A stretch of DNA of 64,000 nt. Origin: Okamejei kenojei. Lineage: Eukaryota. Shown here piece by piece: positions 49,100-61,384 of this stretch; positions within the stretch are counted from its first letter, which is position 1, and the number at the start of each line of letters is the position of its first letter. A program made the translations under genes and the position numbers. The notes under the pieces are model-generated. The model was given only the letters and a program-made list of their open reading frames with translations, searched no databases and was not told where the DNA came from. The stretch spans positions 5,642,001 to 5,706,000 of the forward strand of contig CM069154.1 of assembly GCA_035221665.1 (NCBI GenBank), in the 5' to 3' direction.

Positions 49100-52000
49100 A
49101 ATAGTAAGATTAAACGAGAACTTACCAGTTTGAAGTTTGATCTTTATTTTATGAGGAGTCGAGTTGAGGGACTACGTGAATAGAAGCCCGTACAGCCGTT
49201 GGTGCGTCAATCTTCAAAGCAGCGGAATGAATTCACAGCTAACAATGACCGAAGTATAACGGTAAGATGATAAAACTAGAACTACCAGATGAGATCTATG
49301 AGGGTGGGAGCGGAGGGCACGTAGTCCCTCAACTCGACTCCTCATAAAATAAAGATCAAACTTCAAACTGGTAAGTTCTCGTTTAATCTTACTATTTTAC
49401 TTCGGAGTCACGTGAGTGACTACGTGAAGACTTCAAAGCACTGTGAATTCATGCCGCAGACTCAAATCCGACGTTCACACTGCCTGGATTGACTCAAGTC
49501 GTTAACAATCAATCATGCATCAGTAATACATTTGTTAAATGAAATAACAGTTTATTTACAAACAAATCATAACAAACCCCTCTAACTCAGGGGAAAAGTG
49601 TAACAGTACTGAAACCAGAATCAGCAAACACCCCGAGCCTTGAAATCGGCTTGTGATAAAACCTCTGAAAAATTAGCTCACTGGACCATCCTGCGGCCGC
49701 GAGGACATGGTCTATTGGCAAGTCCATCGCCCTTGCCGCTGAAGTTGATGCCGCCCTGGTGGAATGAGATTTGAATTTATCAGTATCAATTCCAGCACTT
49801 GCCAGGACCCACTTTAGCCACCTTGAAATCGTTTGCACCGACACCTTACTGTGTGTTTTTTTGTGACTAATAAACAAAGCCAACTCTGTTCCTCTCAGAA
49901 GTTTAGTAATCTCAATGTAACGAGATAAATGTGAGACTACACAGAAGCGATCATCTGCGGGGTATGCTGAAAACACAATCTTACATCCTGTCATGCCTCT
50001 TTTATTATGTTTAAGCAAATCATAGACATAAAATATAATGGCATCAGCCGACACATGCATTCTATCTAGCCGTAGCTTTTGCAACATTTATACACGTTGA
50101 GCTGAAACCAACGCCATAAGCATGACCACCTTCATAGATAATTTGGCTACTGATAGGCTTGTAACCGGAGCCCACTGGCGAAGAACCATAAAAACCTCAG
50201 TCACATTCCAAATACCGGCATACCTGGGTTTAGGAGGATTAAAATTGAAAACTCCCTTCATGAATCGTGAAACTAACGGATGTGTCCCTACTGTATGCAA
50301 TTCTGCATTCATAGGTAAATAAGAAGACAGAGCACTTCTGGCTGAATTAATCGCACTGTAACTTAATTTTTTGGTCAAAATAAAGAGTTGACAAACTCCA
50401 ATACATCGTGATCCCTGCAGTGTGATATACAATATTCTGCTGTAGGCAGAATTGCTCCCACTTCCTTATATAGGTGATATATTGCTGCTGTGTACTATCC
50501 CTGCAGGCCGACGTGAGAACATCCACAGTCCGATGAGACAGTCCTTTCCCCAGGTATGGCCTCCTTAAAATCTGCAAATTAACAGATCAATACGATCATA
50601 TAAAGGATGTTGATCCCCAGTGACTGGATTTACCAATAGATTTTTATTCTTGGGCATAAGCATGTAAGGCTCCCTAGCCATTTGTAATACAACGGGAAAC
50701 CATGCTCGTGTAGGCCAATCTGGCACTACCAATACCCCTGAAGCGAAGTCCTCCTTGATCTTTTGCAAACATCTGCTGATGAGACAGAATGGAGGAAATA
50801 CATACACAAACATTCCTCCCCCAATGCAGCGAAAATGCATCCACTGCTACTGCCCCAGGATCTGGTTACCATGAAACATATCTAGGTAACTGATGATTTA
50901 ATCGAGATGCAAACAAGTCAATATCTGGCAATGCATACTGATCAATCATTTGGTTAAATACATCCTGATTTAACATCCATTCAATGTTGTCATTAAACTG
51001 ACGTGACCTCTTCCTGGCAAATAAAGTGCTGAAAGCCAGATATTTTGGTCAATACACCAGCTCCAAATCTGGTTAGCCAGTCTATCAAAAGACTGTGACT
51101 TAACTCCACCCATGTGGTTTACATATGCCACTGCTGTGGTGTTGTCAATCTGACCTGCACATGCAGATCCCTCTTTGTAGAACAATAAGCTTTGAGCCCA
51201 TACCTGGTGCCCAACAACTCTAAATAATTAATCCCTCTTAATTGAGGAAGCGATGTCTCATCCACATTCCATCTGCCTCCACAACTAGAAGACATATCTG
51301 TTGCACCCCAACCCAGTGCACTTACATCAGTCTGTAATATCAGTGACGGTGATTCCACCAAAACCTTCCTTAAATTTTTTGAAACATGTACTATCCACCA
51401 TTGTATGTCAGCAATCGCCCCAGCTGACAACTGCATAGGCCTACAAAAATGGCCCCTTTGTATTCTCAGTGCCTGTTCCTTTGATCGTTGTAATTGTTGA
51501 TAATGCAGAGGACCATACTGCACAGCTGGAAAGGCTGCAACAACTTCCCAATAAAACTGGCTACTTGTCTAATCGAAGGCCGTTGTTCTCCAATGAGATT
51601 AACACAGTCCTCAATTAACTGATTCAATTTATCCCTGGGCAAAGTTACCAACATGTGATTGGAATTAATGGTAAATCCCAGATAATCAATAATTTGGACT
51701 GGTGATAATTTAGATTTATCTGGGTGAATAACAAATCCCATTTGTTCAAAAGTGATTTTAACAAACTGAAACTGATGATTGAGTTTCAGCATGAGTCTTT
51801 CCAACAATCAGAATATCATCTAAATAGGCCATTACCACATGCCCCTGAGCTCTAAGTAATGCTAACACAGGTTTTACCAATTTAGTAAATAATCTAGGAG
51901 CTGAAGTTAATCCATTCGGCAATGTCCTGAATTGCCACAGCTCAGTCATCCAAATAAATTTCAAATATCTTCTATCATCACCATGAATAGACACTGCGTA

Positions 52001-54396
52001 ATACGCATTCTTTAAATCAATGGTTGCCATATAATACCCTTTGGACACTAGATGTTTGCCCGTGGTAAAGGTCTCCATTTTGAAATGCCTATAACAAACA
52101 AATGTGTTCAAATTCGATAAATCCAGAATAATTCTACATTCCCCAGTCTTTTTAGATCTGGGAAATATACTTGACAGAAATTGTTGACTTTGATAGACAG
52201 ATGGCTCAATTACCCCTTTCTTATGTAACGACTGAATCTCTGCTTGAATAAGCACATTTTCCTCATCTGAAAAATAAGTTTACGACTAGGAAAAATGTTG
52301 ATTAGGTAGACTGTCCTTATAGTAAAATCCAATTTTTCACCCTTGAATACACTAAGTTTGAACAAATCTGATGTCAACTGCTGCCATTGTTTGAGAAACA
52401 ATTTTAACCTTCCCCAATTTGAACAGGAACATCAGTTAATTCATCGTCTGTCAATGTTATATTCCTTACCAGCATCTTTCCTTGCGGCCTTGTTGTCCTC
52501 GACTTCTTGTAGAGAACCTTTTTTTGCCTTGCTTCCAGCTGGCTTAATGAGGGCCATGGTTATAACAACCTCATGACAGTCTTTGACCCTTTTTGCAAGG
52601 TTACCACCAAACAACAGATTTCGTGGTGGTACACTGGTCGGTTTGCACAACTCGCCAAATTCGGGTTAGCACTGGCCTAATAGCGGCCCTCCCGATATTA
52701 TTAATTTCAAAATGCATTACAAAGGAGTTCCAGTTCATCCTGGTGTGCTTCAACCATATCGTTTGTATCAATAGCTTTCACCACAGCTGTAATACCTGCT
52801 GACAACAGTTTAAGCACTTTTTTAAACTTCATCTCCTGGGCCCTAGCAGGCAAACCCATCTATGATCAAATTTGGTGATTAACCACCGGTACCTTCAGGA
52901 GATCACAATTAACAGGAGCTTTATAGTTTTTTGCTACTTCATCCATAGCTAGCTCCTGTAACTGGTGGGAGAGCATATACTGAATGGCTTCGGCCAATTC
53001 TACATCAATCGCCTTTCCTGCCTCTCTACACTCAGCAAACTTCCCAGCAATGTTCGGAATTACCTCCAACCGAACACCTTTACTGCTCTCCCCCAGCATA
53101 GAATCAGTGTCAGCAAACTGCACTGATAGAACATCCTCCTCACAGGCAGGATAGTTCTGCAGCCCTGAAACAGGTGCTGCTAGCACAAGCTCTCCATCAG
53201 CCTGGCTTGGGCACCACTCCTCCCCACGGAGCTGGTCCCTGTCGAGCATTCTTTTGTAATAGAATCTCGACGTGGGAGAGCCGTGAGCAAACGGACTCTC
53301 CTATGGAGGGTATAACCTCCAGGCCCGACTCATTTACGGGCCACAGAGACTTGCCAGTGGCCTTCCACCCTACTGACAAGCCTCCACTGCCCCCCAGCAG
53401 TGCGTCCGCAACCACTGGCTGTGTAGCCAGCACCGGACCAGGTGTACCAGACGGGCCTCCATCCTCAACACTCTCCTGCCACTTTTCCTTTCTACCCCCG
53501 GAGCGCCTCGCCGACACCTTCTTCACTTTCTGCAACATTCTCTAAGAACCCCAAACCGTCGCAGAAAATGACATGTGGTAAATTTTTTTAAAAACCTTAC
53601 CTCTTTAAACTTGTTTAACGAAGAACTGCAAATGCTGGAGAATCGAGGGTGAAGTCTGAAGAAGGGTCTCGACCCGCAACGTCTCCATCTCCTTCGCTCC
53701 TTAGATGCTGCTGCACCCGCTAAATTCTCCAGCTCTTCGTATAACCCGCGGTTTAAACTTACCGCTCGGAGGAGCGCACCTGCTCCAACCGGCCGACTGC
53801 ACCAGCGTAGAAACATAGAAATTAGGTGCAGGAGTAGGCCATTCAGCCCTTCGAGCCTGCACCGCCATTCAATATGATCATGGCTGATCATCCAACTCAG
53901 TATCCCGTACCTGCCTTCTCTCCATACCCTCTGATCCCCTTAGCCACAAGGGCCACATCCAACTCACTCTTAAATATAGCCAATGAACTGGCCTCAACTA
54001 CCCTCTGTGGCAGAGAGTTCCAGAGACTCACCACTCTCTGTGTGAAAAAGTCTTTCTCATCTCGGTCTTAAAGGATTTCCCCTTATCCTTAAGCTGTGAC
54101 CCCTTGTCCTGGACTTCCCCAACATCGGGAACAATCTTCCTGCATCAAGCCTGTCCAACCCCTTAAGAATTTTGTAGGTTTCTATAAGATCCCCTCTCAA
54201 TCTCCTAAATTCCAGAGAGTATAAACCGAGTCTATCCAGTCTTTCTTCATAAGACAGTCCTGACATCCCAGGAATCAGTCTGGTGAACCTTCTCTGCACT
54301 CCCTCTATGGCAATAATGTCCAATACTGACGTCATGACGCACCAACGCTGTACGGGCTTCTATTCACGTAGTCACTCACGTGACTCCGAAGTAAAA
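49100..54396 (-). mobile_element. DIRS1-type retrotransposon #3, full length but frameshifted (gag ~53540-52500, RT ~52400-51470, RNase H ~51520-50970, adenine methyltransferase-like ~50950-50565, tyrosine recombinase ~50580-49587)
   Basis: RT IDLKNAY, LPNGLTSAPRLFTK, YLDD. RH TDVS..GWG, INYLEL, IDNTTAVAYVN. MT DLFAS and YVFPPF. YR HSTRAASTS..AAGWSS..FQRFY. Inverted termini and an ICR at ~49318-49428 with junction CTTACTATTTTACTTCGG. Confidence 0.95.
53808..54325 (-). mobile_element. CR1/HER1 3' fragment nested in the 5' region of DIRS #3 (PLE fragment alongside at ~53610-53745)
   Basis: IIAIEGVQRRFTRLIPGMSGLSYEERLDRLGLYSLEFRRLRGDLIETYK; tail tttctatgtttcta. Confidence 0.9.
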
Positions 54397-55343
54397 TTGT
54401 AAGATTTCTGTTTCTTACAATTTTTTTGCATTATCTCCTCCAGGACATAGTCATACTGGACTTTTATTATCATTTGTCTTGGGGGAGCCCCTTGTCTTGT
54501 CTGGCATTTCATCACTCTGTGTGCTCGAGCAAGTAAAGGCTTTTGATCCAGAGATAACATTTTTTGCAGTAGATTTGCAGTGAATTCTTGGGGATCTTGA
54601 TCCGCCTCTTTCCCTTCTGGAATACCCACAATTCTTAGGTTCTGTCTTCTCTGGCGATCTTCCAATTCAGTACATTTCTCAGTTATTTTGCCCAGTAGTT
54701 CAGTTAGACGTTGGTTTTCTGTGATAAGTTTTTCCGTTGTCTGAGCACTTGTTTCAGCTAGTTCTTCAAGGTCCTTTATGACTGACGTCTGTTGATTCAG
54801 TGCTTCCTCCACGGGATTCAGCCTTTCTTCAAGATCAGTTGTCACTTTTCTGATTTTAACATTTGTCTCGTTTGTCATACTTGCAGCTTGTTCAGTCAGT
54901 ATTTCTGCAATTTCTTTCTTCAGTTTATCCGATGTATTCGTAGCCGTGGTATTAATTTCAAGCTTTAACTCCATCATTTCCTCCTTGATTTTTTTTATTT
55001 GATGTTTAAAAGAATATAAGATACTGCCAGAAATGTGGAAACTCTTGTGTACTGTATCATATAATCTGCTATTAATACACTCTTGTCCTTAGCTTCAGCT
55101 GTGCTTATATAAAGTAAGATTTTTACTGAATTCTATGCAAAAGAAATTTCTCTGTACCCATGTGCAAGAGACAATAAAGTACCATTGAACCATTGAGCAA
55201 TGGGGATATAAAAACGCATAAATGATTACAAGTATTGAACTGTGGACACGCGTTATAAGAATGATAAAAATTAAGGGTAATCGTTATATCAATATTGTTA
55301 TTCTGATGGAATGACGCCCAATAATCATCGTTTAGCTTTTCAG

Positions 55344-55446
55344 GGCCAGAGAGGGTGTTCACCAGTTGGAGATGTACAAATCTCATCACCTTGACCCTAC
55401 AGCATCACCACACCCCACCTATGTCCAATCTAACTTGACTGCTTGA
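55344..55446 (+). CDS. Candidate cytoplasmic-tail exon for receptor copy 3 (paralogs at ~33320 and 62447)
   Basis: tttagcttttcag|G GCC AGA... in phase 2 matches the TM donor and reads AREGVHQLEMYKSHHLDPTASPHPTYVQSNLTA*. No homology support. Confidence 0.3.
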
Positions 55447-58400
55447 GGAGGAATTTCTTTAACCAGAAGGTGATGAACCTGTGCAATTCATTGCCACAGG
55501 CAGCTGTGGAGGCCAAGTCAATGGATATTTTTAAAGTGGAGATTGACAGGTTTACTCAGGGAGTCAAAGGTTGTGGGGAGAAGGCAGGAGAATGGGATGG
55601 AGGGGGAAACATAGACGATCCATGACTGAATGGCAGAGTAGACTTGATGGATCAAATAGCCAAATTCTGCACCTATGTTTGCAGACACGTCTGTACATCC
55701 TGATATTCACCCAAAAGACAGCAGTACATAGACTAGAACTCAATGCTGGCTCTCCAGAATGTGAACTTTTAAATTTACTATCAATTGAATAGTTGTGTAG
55801 AACCCTGCACATTGAATAATGATTAAAATAATCAAACGTAAATAAAGATGGCTGAATTTTTGTCACAAGGCCATAAGTGATGAGAGTAGGATTAGGCCAT
55901 TCGGCCCATCAAGTCTACTCCCCCATTCATTCATGGCTGACCTATCTCTTCCTCCCAACCCCATTCTGCTGAATTCTCCCCATAATCTCTGACACCTGTA
56001 CTAATTACTAATTAAGAATCTATCTGGTGTTTATCTGGTGATGTGAGTGGACGTACCTGATCACGTTTGGCGTTGTCTTATCTCTCCTGGGTAACGTTTC
56101 AACACATGACAAGCTGAGGAAGGCTGGACAAATTAGCAACGCACATTTTGAGGTGGGTAAACAGATCAGGTTTACACGTTCCAGGAGTAGAATTTGGCCA
56201 TTCGGCCCATCGAGTATACTCCGCCATCCAAACATGGCTGACTTCTGCCTCCTAATCCCATACAAGTTCAAACATAGTGTGCCTGCATTTAGGGGGGGGG
56301 AGGGGGTTGAGGGGGTGGGCAAGGGAATGTTTGCGGTGGTGGACAGAGCGCCAGTCATGTGGGCAAACATCACCAGGATGAGGCAGAGCTTCGAGGAGAT
56401 GCTCCAATCCAGGCAACAGAAGAGCGTTGCAGCCCACTTCTGATAGGTGCATTGTCCGTGGTGAGGAAGCTGGGGGAGGTGGCAAGTGAGTCACCAAGTT
56501 AGTCAGGAACCACTGCAAAGTCGTTTCCTGAGTAAACGGAAATTGACTGAGTTCTGTTGTGAATGAGGAAGAGGACAACTCAAACGCAGTGCAGGGACCA
56601 AACCGATCCAATGCAGCCGAGACATGGCGGTGGGACAGGGAGAATTTACCCACCAGAAACGGCCCAGATCCAGGGGAACAGTCTCACACTGGGTAAATCG
56701 TTGTTTTACAAAATGCTCTGTTCATTAGAATTAGCTACCAGCGCCTTGAATTATTTGTAACCACAGACCTCTCTGTACTGTGTGGGGAGCTGATGATGAA
56801 TTGCTCAACACTCGTTAGTTCCTGTAGAGACTTCCATCAGCGGTTGTTGTCGTTGTGCAGCCAAATTGCACTCAGCTAGCTACCTGTGGAGAAGGGAGAT
56901 AACTATCTACAGCTTGCCTTGCCTTGTGGACCTCACTGAAACTTACCAAATAGTGAAAGCCTGGATTGTGTGGATGGGGTGAGGATGTTTCCACTAGTCG
57001 AATAGTCTAGGACCAGAGGTCACAGCCTCAGAATTCAAGGACATTCCTTTAGGAAGGAGATGAGGAGGAATTTCTTTTGTCAGAAGGTGGTGAAACTGTG
57101 GAATCATCGCCGCAGAATGCTGTGGAGGCTGTAAATAGATATTTCTAAGCCAGAGATGGATAGATTCTTGATTAGTACTGGTGTTAGGAGTCCTGGGGAG
57201 AAGGCAGGAGGATTTAGTTGAGAGGGAAATGTAGATCAGCCATGATTGAATGGAGTAGAGTAGACTTGATGGGCCAAATGGCCTAATTCTGCTCCTAGTA
57301 CTAATGAACTTATGATCTGTTCTTCAGAATTATTTACTAGCACCTTGAATTATTTTGAGCGACAGAGCAGACTACTGGGCTACGAGCTGCTTAAGATAAA
57401 GTGCTTGCAGACTTGTTCTTTCCTGCACTAATGACTGTTGTGTAGCTGTGAGCAGCCACAGCTAACTCCCTGTAGAAAATGACTCGACAGCTGGCCTTGT
57501 TCATCTTGGGTGTTGGGGTAACTCTTGCCCTGGACCAGAGAATTTGCTCCACTATTCTGGTGCAAACTATCTCCAGGTGAACTTTCTCAGTGACTTGACA
57601 GCAGATCAGCTAAATGCTTTACCCCTTGCATATCTCTTAACTTCCTCCCTCCCTGACTGTTGGTCTAAAGAAGGGTCTCGATCCGAAACATCACCCATTG
57701 CTTCTCTCCAGAGATGCCGCCTGACCCGCTGCGTTACTCCAGCATTTTGTGTCCATCAAAGACACACGGCACTCCCTCAATGCACTGCAATGGGAAATGT
57801 TGAACCTAAAACTTAACACATTCAAAGAAAAAACCTGTGAAAGCCATCCATTGGGAACAGGCGGGCCTCTCAAATGAGGAAGCAGCAGTGACTGTCCAAT
57901 TTAGCATTTGGAGGAGTTGTGGTAAACTCTCCCTTCTGAGAAAAATCAGCTGGGCTGATCTTATGTGTCTCCACATCAGCTGCTGAATCTGCAGAGTTTC
58001 ACATGTGTTCGAGTCATAGAGTGATACAGTGTAGAAACAGGCCCTTCGGCCCAACTTGCCCACACCGGCCAACATGTCTCAGCAACACTTGTCCCACCTG
58101 TCCACGTTTGGTCCATGTCCCTTCAAACCTGTCCTATCCATGTACCTGTCTAACTGTTTCTTAAATGATGGGATAGTCCCTGCCTCAACTACCTCCTCTG
58201 GCAGCTTCATCTATACACCCACCAACCTTTGTGCGAAAAAGACACCGCATAATTATTCCAGGTAGACGTGGAGTTTGAAACATCAGTGGCAGATCCAGCT
58301 TCTACCACAGGCCGGGAAGTTTAGTTCAATGGGGCACAAAGTGCTAGCATAACTCAGTAGGTCAGGCAGTTTCTCATGGTCTTGACTTGAAATGTCACAT

Positions 58401-59219
58401 ATCCATGTTCTCCACAGATGCTGCCTGACCTGCTGGTCAAAACAGGCAACTGGCTATTCAGCTTTAGTAAAGCACAAAGTGCTGGAGTAAATTAGCAGGA
58501 CAGGCAGCATCTCTGGAGAACATGGATAGTTGATGTTTAGGTTGAGACCTGAATGAGGGGTAGGCCATTGAGGAAAACCTTTTCACCCAGAGTGTTCCAC
58601 TTTCTCCAGAGATAGTTCCTGACCCGTTGAGTTACTCCAGCATTTTGTGTCCTCTTGTGTATTAACCAGCATCTGCAGCTCCTTGTTTCTACTAGTTCAA
58701 TGGGGAAGTGGGTTGTAGTGAGATTGAACACAGGGTGGGTCAGAGTGGATCCTGTCACATGACCACCACTCAGGTCAAGCCACGCCCACAGGGAAGGAGG
58801 ATCTGGGCGCCAGGTAGATTCAGAAGCAGTTCTGCTTTCACTGGAACTTGGGGAACAATCCTGGTGAAATGGGAATTAACACCAGCGGGAAAAGCATTAA
58901 AGTACAACAGGATCTATGTAAAAGAAGAGAGACACAAAATGCTGGAGTAATTCAGCGGGCCGGGCAGCATCTCTGGAGAGAAGGAATGGGTGAGGGAACA
59001 TCACCCGTCGGTTTCTCCAGCGATGCTGCCTGTCCCGCTTAGTTACTCCAGCTCTTAGTGTATATATTTGGTGTAAACCAGCACCTGCAGTTCCTTGCTA
59101 CACATGATCTATGCAAAACTATGAACCTGTCTGAACAGCACAAATGACATTTTTTATTGTTAAACCTCAGCTTGTGTTGCTGCAGTGTGAGTGATCTTTC
59201 ATCATTAATGTGCCAACAG

Positions 59220-59540
59220 GGTCAACGGGAATAACTGGACCCAAGGAGGTGAGGGGAGAGTTGCAGCAGTCGGTCACTGTGGGATGTCAGTATGGTCAGG
59301 AATACAGTGACTACAGGAAGCGATGGAGTAAAGGTAAATATCACCTGTCATCTTCTACCGTGGTTTCTACTGATCACCCACGACAAGGGAGAACATCGAT
59401 GACTGATAACAAAACACAACGGATACTTTCAGTAACCATCGACAACCTGGAGAAGCGTGATGAAGGACACTACTGGTGTGCCATAGACATACCATCGTAC
59501 TTCGATGAATCGACTGCCATCTCATTGAAGGTTTCTGAAG
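59220..59540 (+). CDS. CD300/pIgR-like receptor copy 4, intact IgV exon; own stalk and TM exons deleted
   Basis: 321 nt with AG/GT borders, open: ..VTVGCQYGQEYSDYRKRW..DEGHYWCAIDIPSYFDESTAISLKVSE. The downstream intron breaks at ~60650. Confidence 0.8.
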
Positions 59541-61087
59541 GTACGTTGATGATCTCTGCTCACTCTCCCAGATGTGAACATTCCAGCCTGGGAATTTCAG
59601 CCTTGATTCTGACGGCAACTCAGTGCCACATCCCCAGGGGTCCGGGTTGGGAGTTTTGGGGGACGTGAGGGGGAGTAGGGTGGAAAAGCTGCATGGGGCC
59701 ACACCAAGAGCCCACTGTCCCAGGAGCAGTGCGTGGGGGGGGGGGGGGGGGGGGGGGGGTTGGGGGAAGCGCATCAATGGGGACTGGCGGTCCTGGGTCA
59801 TTTCCCCAAAGACGATCTCTCCAGGACCAGAACCTCTAGTGCTTCCTCACCCTCTCCCCCTGCCCATCACTGTCACACCCACCACGCACACAACATCTGA
59901 AGAAGGATCCCAACCCTATACATTGTCTATTCATTCCTTCCACAGATGCTGCCTGACCTGCTGAGTTACTCCAGCACTTTGTGTTTTGCTCAAGATTCCA
60001 GCACCTGCAATTCCTTGTGTCTCACAAACTTTGGTGATTCATGAGCTCAGTTTATTGTTGTTGTCTGTACCGACGCACAGGGAAAAGCTTTTACCGTGTT
60101 TCCAATGAGGGCCAAGTCACTGGGTATTTTTAAGGTGGAGATTGACGGGTTCTCGATTAGTATGGGTGTCAAGCGATATGGGGAGAAGGCAGGAGGATGG
60201 GGTTGAGAGGGAGAGATACTGTAGATCAGCCATGACTGAATGGCGATGTAGACAAAAATGGGCCAAATGGCCTAATTCTGCCCCTATCACACGAACATGA
60301 AGGAAGAATCCTCATGAGATGCGTGATATAGACTTTACACTGAGCCACACAAACTGTACAAGATGAGATACTCAACGGGCGGGCAGCATCTGTGATGAGA
60401 GAATGAGAGTTAATGTTTCAGGTAGATACCTCCAACCAAATTGCATTATTTCCAATTCAGTCCGCGTAACGCAAATAGTCCATGGATCCTCCCGCTCCCA
60501 AGTTCTTCTCCAACGTAGAAGACATGTGCCTAACTCTAGCAGCAGGAAGATAACACAGCCTGCGGGACTTTGAAGGGCATGAAAGAAGTCTCTGAATGCT
60601 TGCGACCACCTGTGGCATCTTAATGGGTGAGCCTCCTGTCTAGATCAAGAGCCCCAATCGGGCCACCGCTGCCGGGACACGGCCTCAGCCCCGAGTCGGG
60701 CCGCCTTCGTCGCCGGGACACTTCAGCCTTGAGTCGGGATGTCGCCGCCGAACACCGCCTCAGCCCAAAAGTCAGGACGGCCAGCCTTGCGCTGGTATGT
60801 CCTGGCTGGCTCTGCCTCCGGAGGGTCGAGGTCGGTCGCAGTTGGATGCCGCCAGCTCCGCCATTAGGCCTCAGCGCAGATGGAGACGGAGACAGGGGAT
60901 ACGACAAGAAAAGTGGCATTCCTCCCGAAGGAAGAGACAAAAACAAGTTTCTCCCACCCTCACACACATACACAACCTAATAACTCAAATTAACTAGCTA
61001 AAACAGGACAAGACAACAACAAAAAAAGAAAGAACAGACGGACTGTAGGCGAGCCGCAGCTGCTAAGTCAGCGCCGCCATTTCCGGA

Positions 61088-61384
61088 AAGCAGTCATTGC
61101 ATGTAAAGGATATGCAACAAGATACTAAACATGACTACTTTCATTTACATGACATTGCTGTGTCCCAAACATTATGGTGCCCTGAAATAGGGGGACTATG
61201 TAGAAACACTGCTGTAATTTCTCCATGGTGAAACCAAAATGTGTAAAAATGGCCTTTATTAATATTTGACTATGTGCACTTTAACCACATGTGTTTTTTT
61301 TTCTATTACAAATGTCAAATTGTGGAGTACAGAGGCAAATAAATAAATGATGGGTCTTTGTCCCAAACATTATGGAGGGGGCTG
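61088..61384 (+). mobile_element. Tc1 right end, duplicate of 31976-32269
   Basis: Near-identical to the right ITR of Tc1 #2, including the ...ggagggggctg|TA variant end. Confidence 0.9.

Larger units (their letters stand above)
43538..54996 (-). mobile_element. L1-clade LINE #3, truncated within ORF1, hosting DIRS #3 and a 489-bp fold-back element
   Basis: ORF1 54977-54397 plus 49099-48872. ORF2 from 48076 (SWNVKG, QETH, GGDLN, SDH, LDAEKAFD, QGCPLSPLLF, LYADD). 11-bp TSD atttgatgttt at 43527-43537 and 54997-55007. The empty site is seen at ~32997-33007. Confidence 0.93.

Noticed and set aside
59734-59758. Poly-G tracts (also near 21281, 21657, 29519, 39727) as functional G-quadruplex elements
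   Set aside because: Lengths differ between paralogs and several lie inside TEs. Slippage or homopolymer sequencing error explains them.
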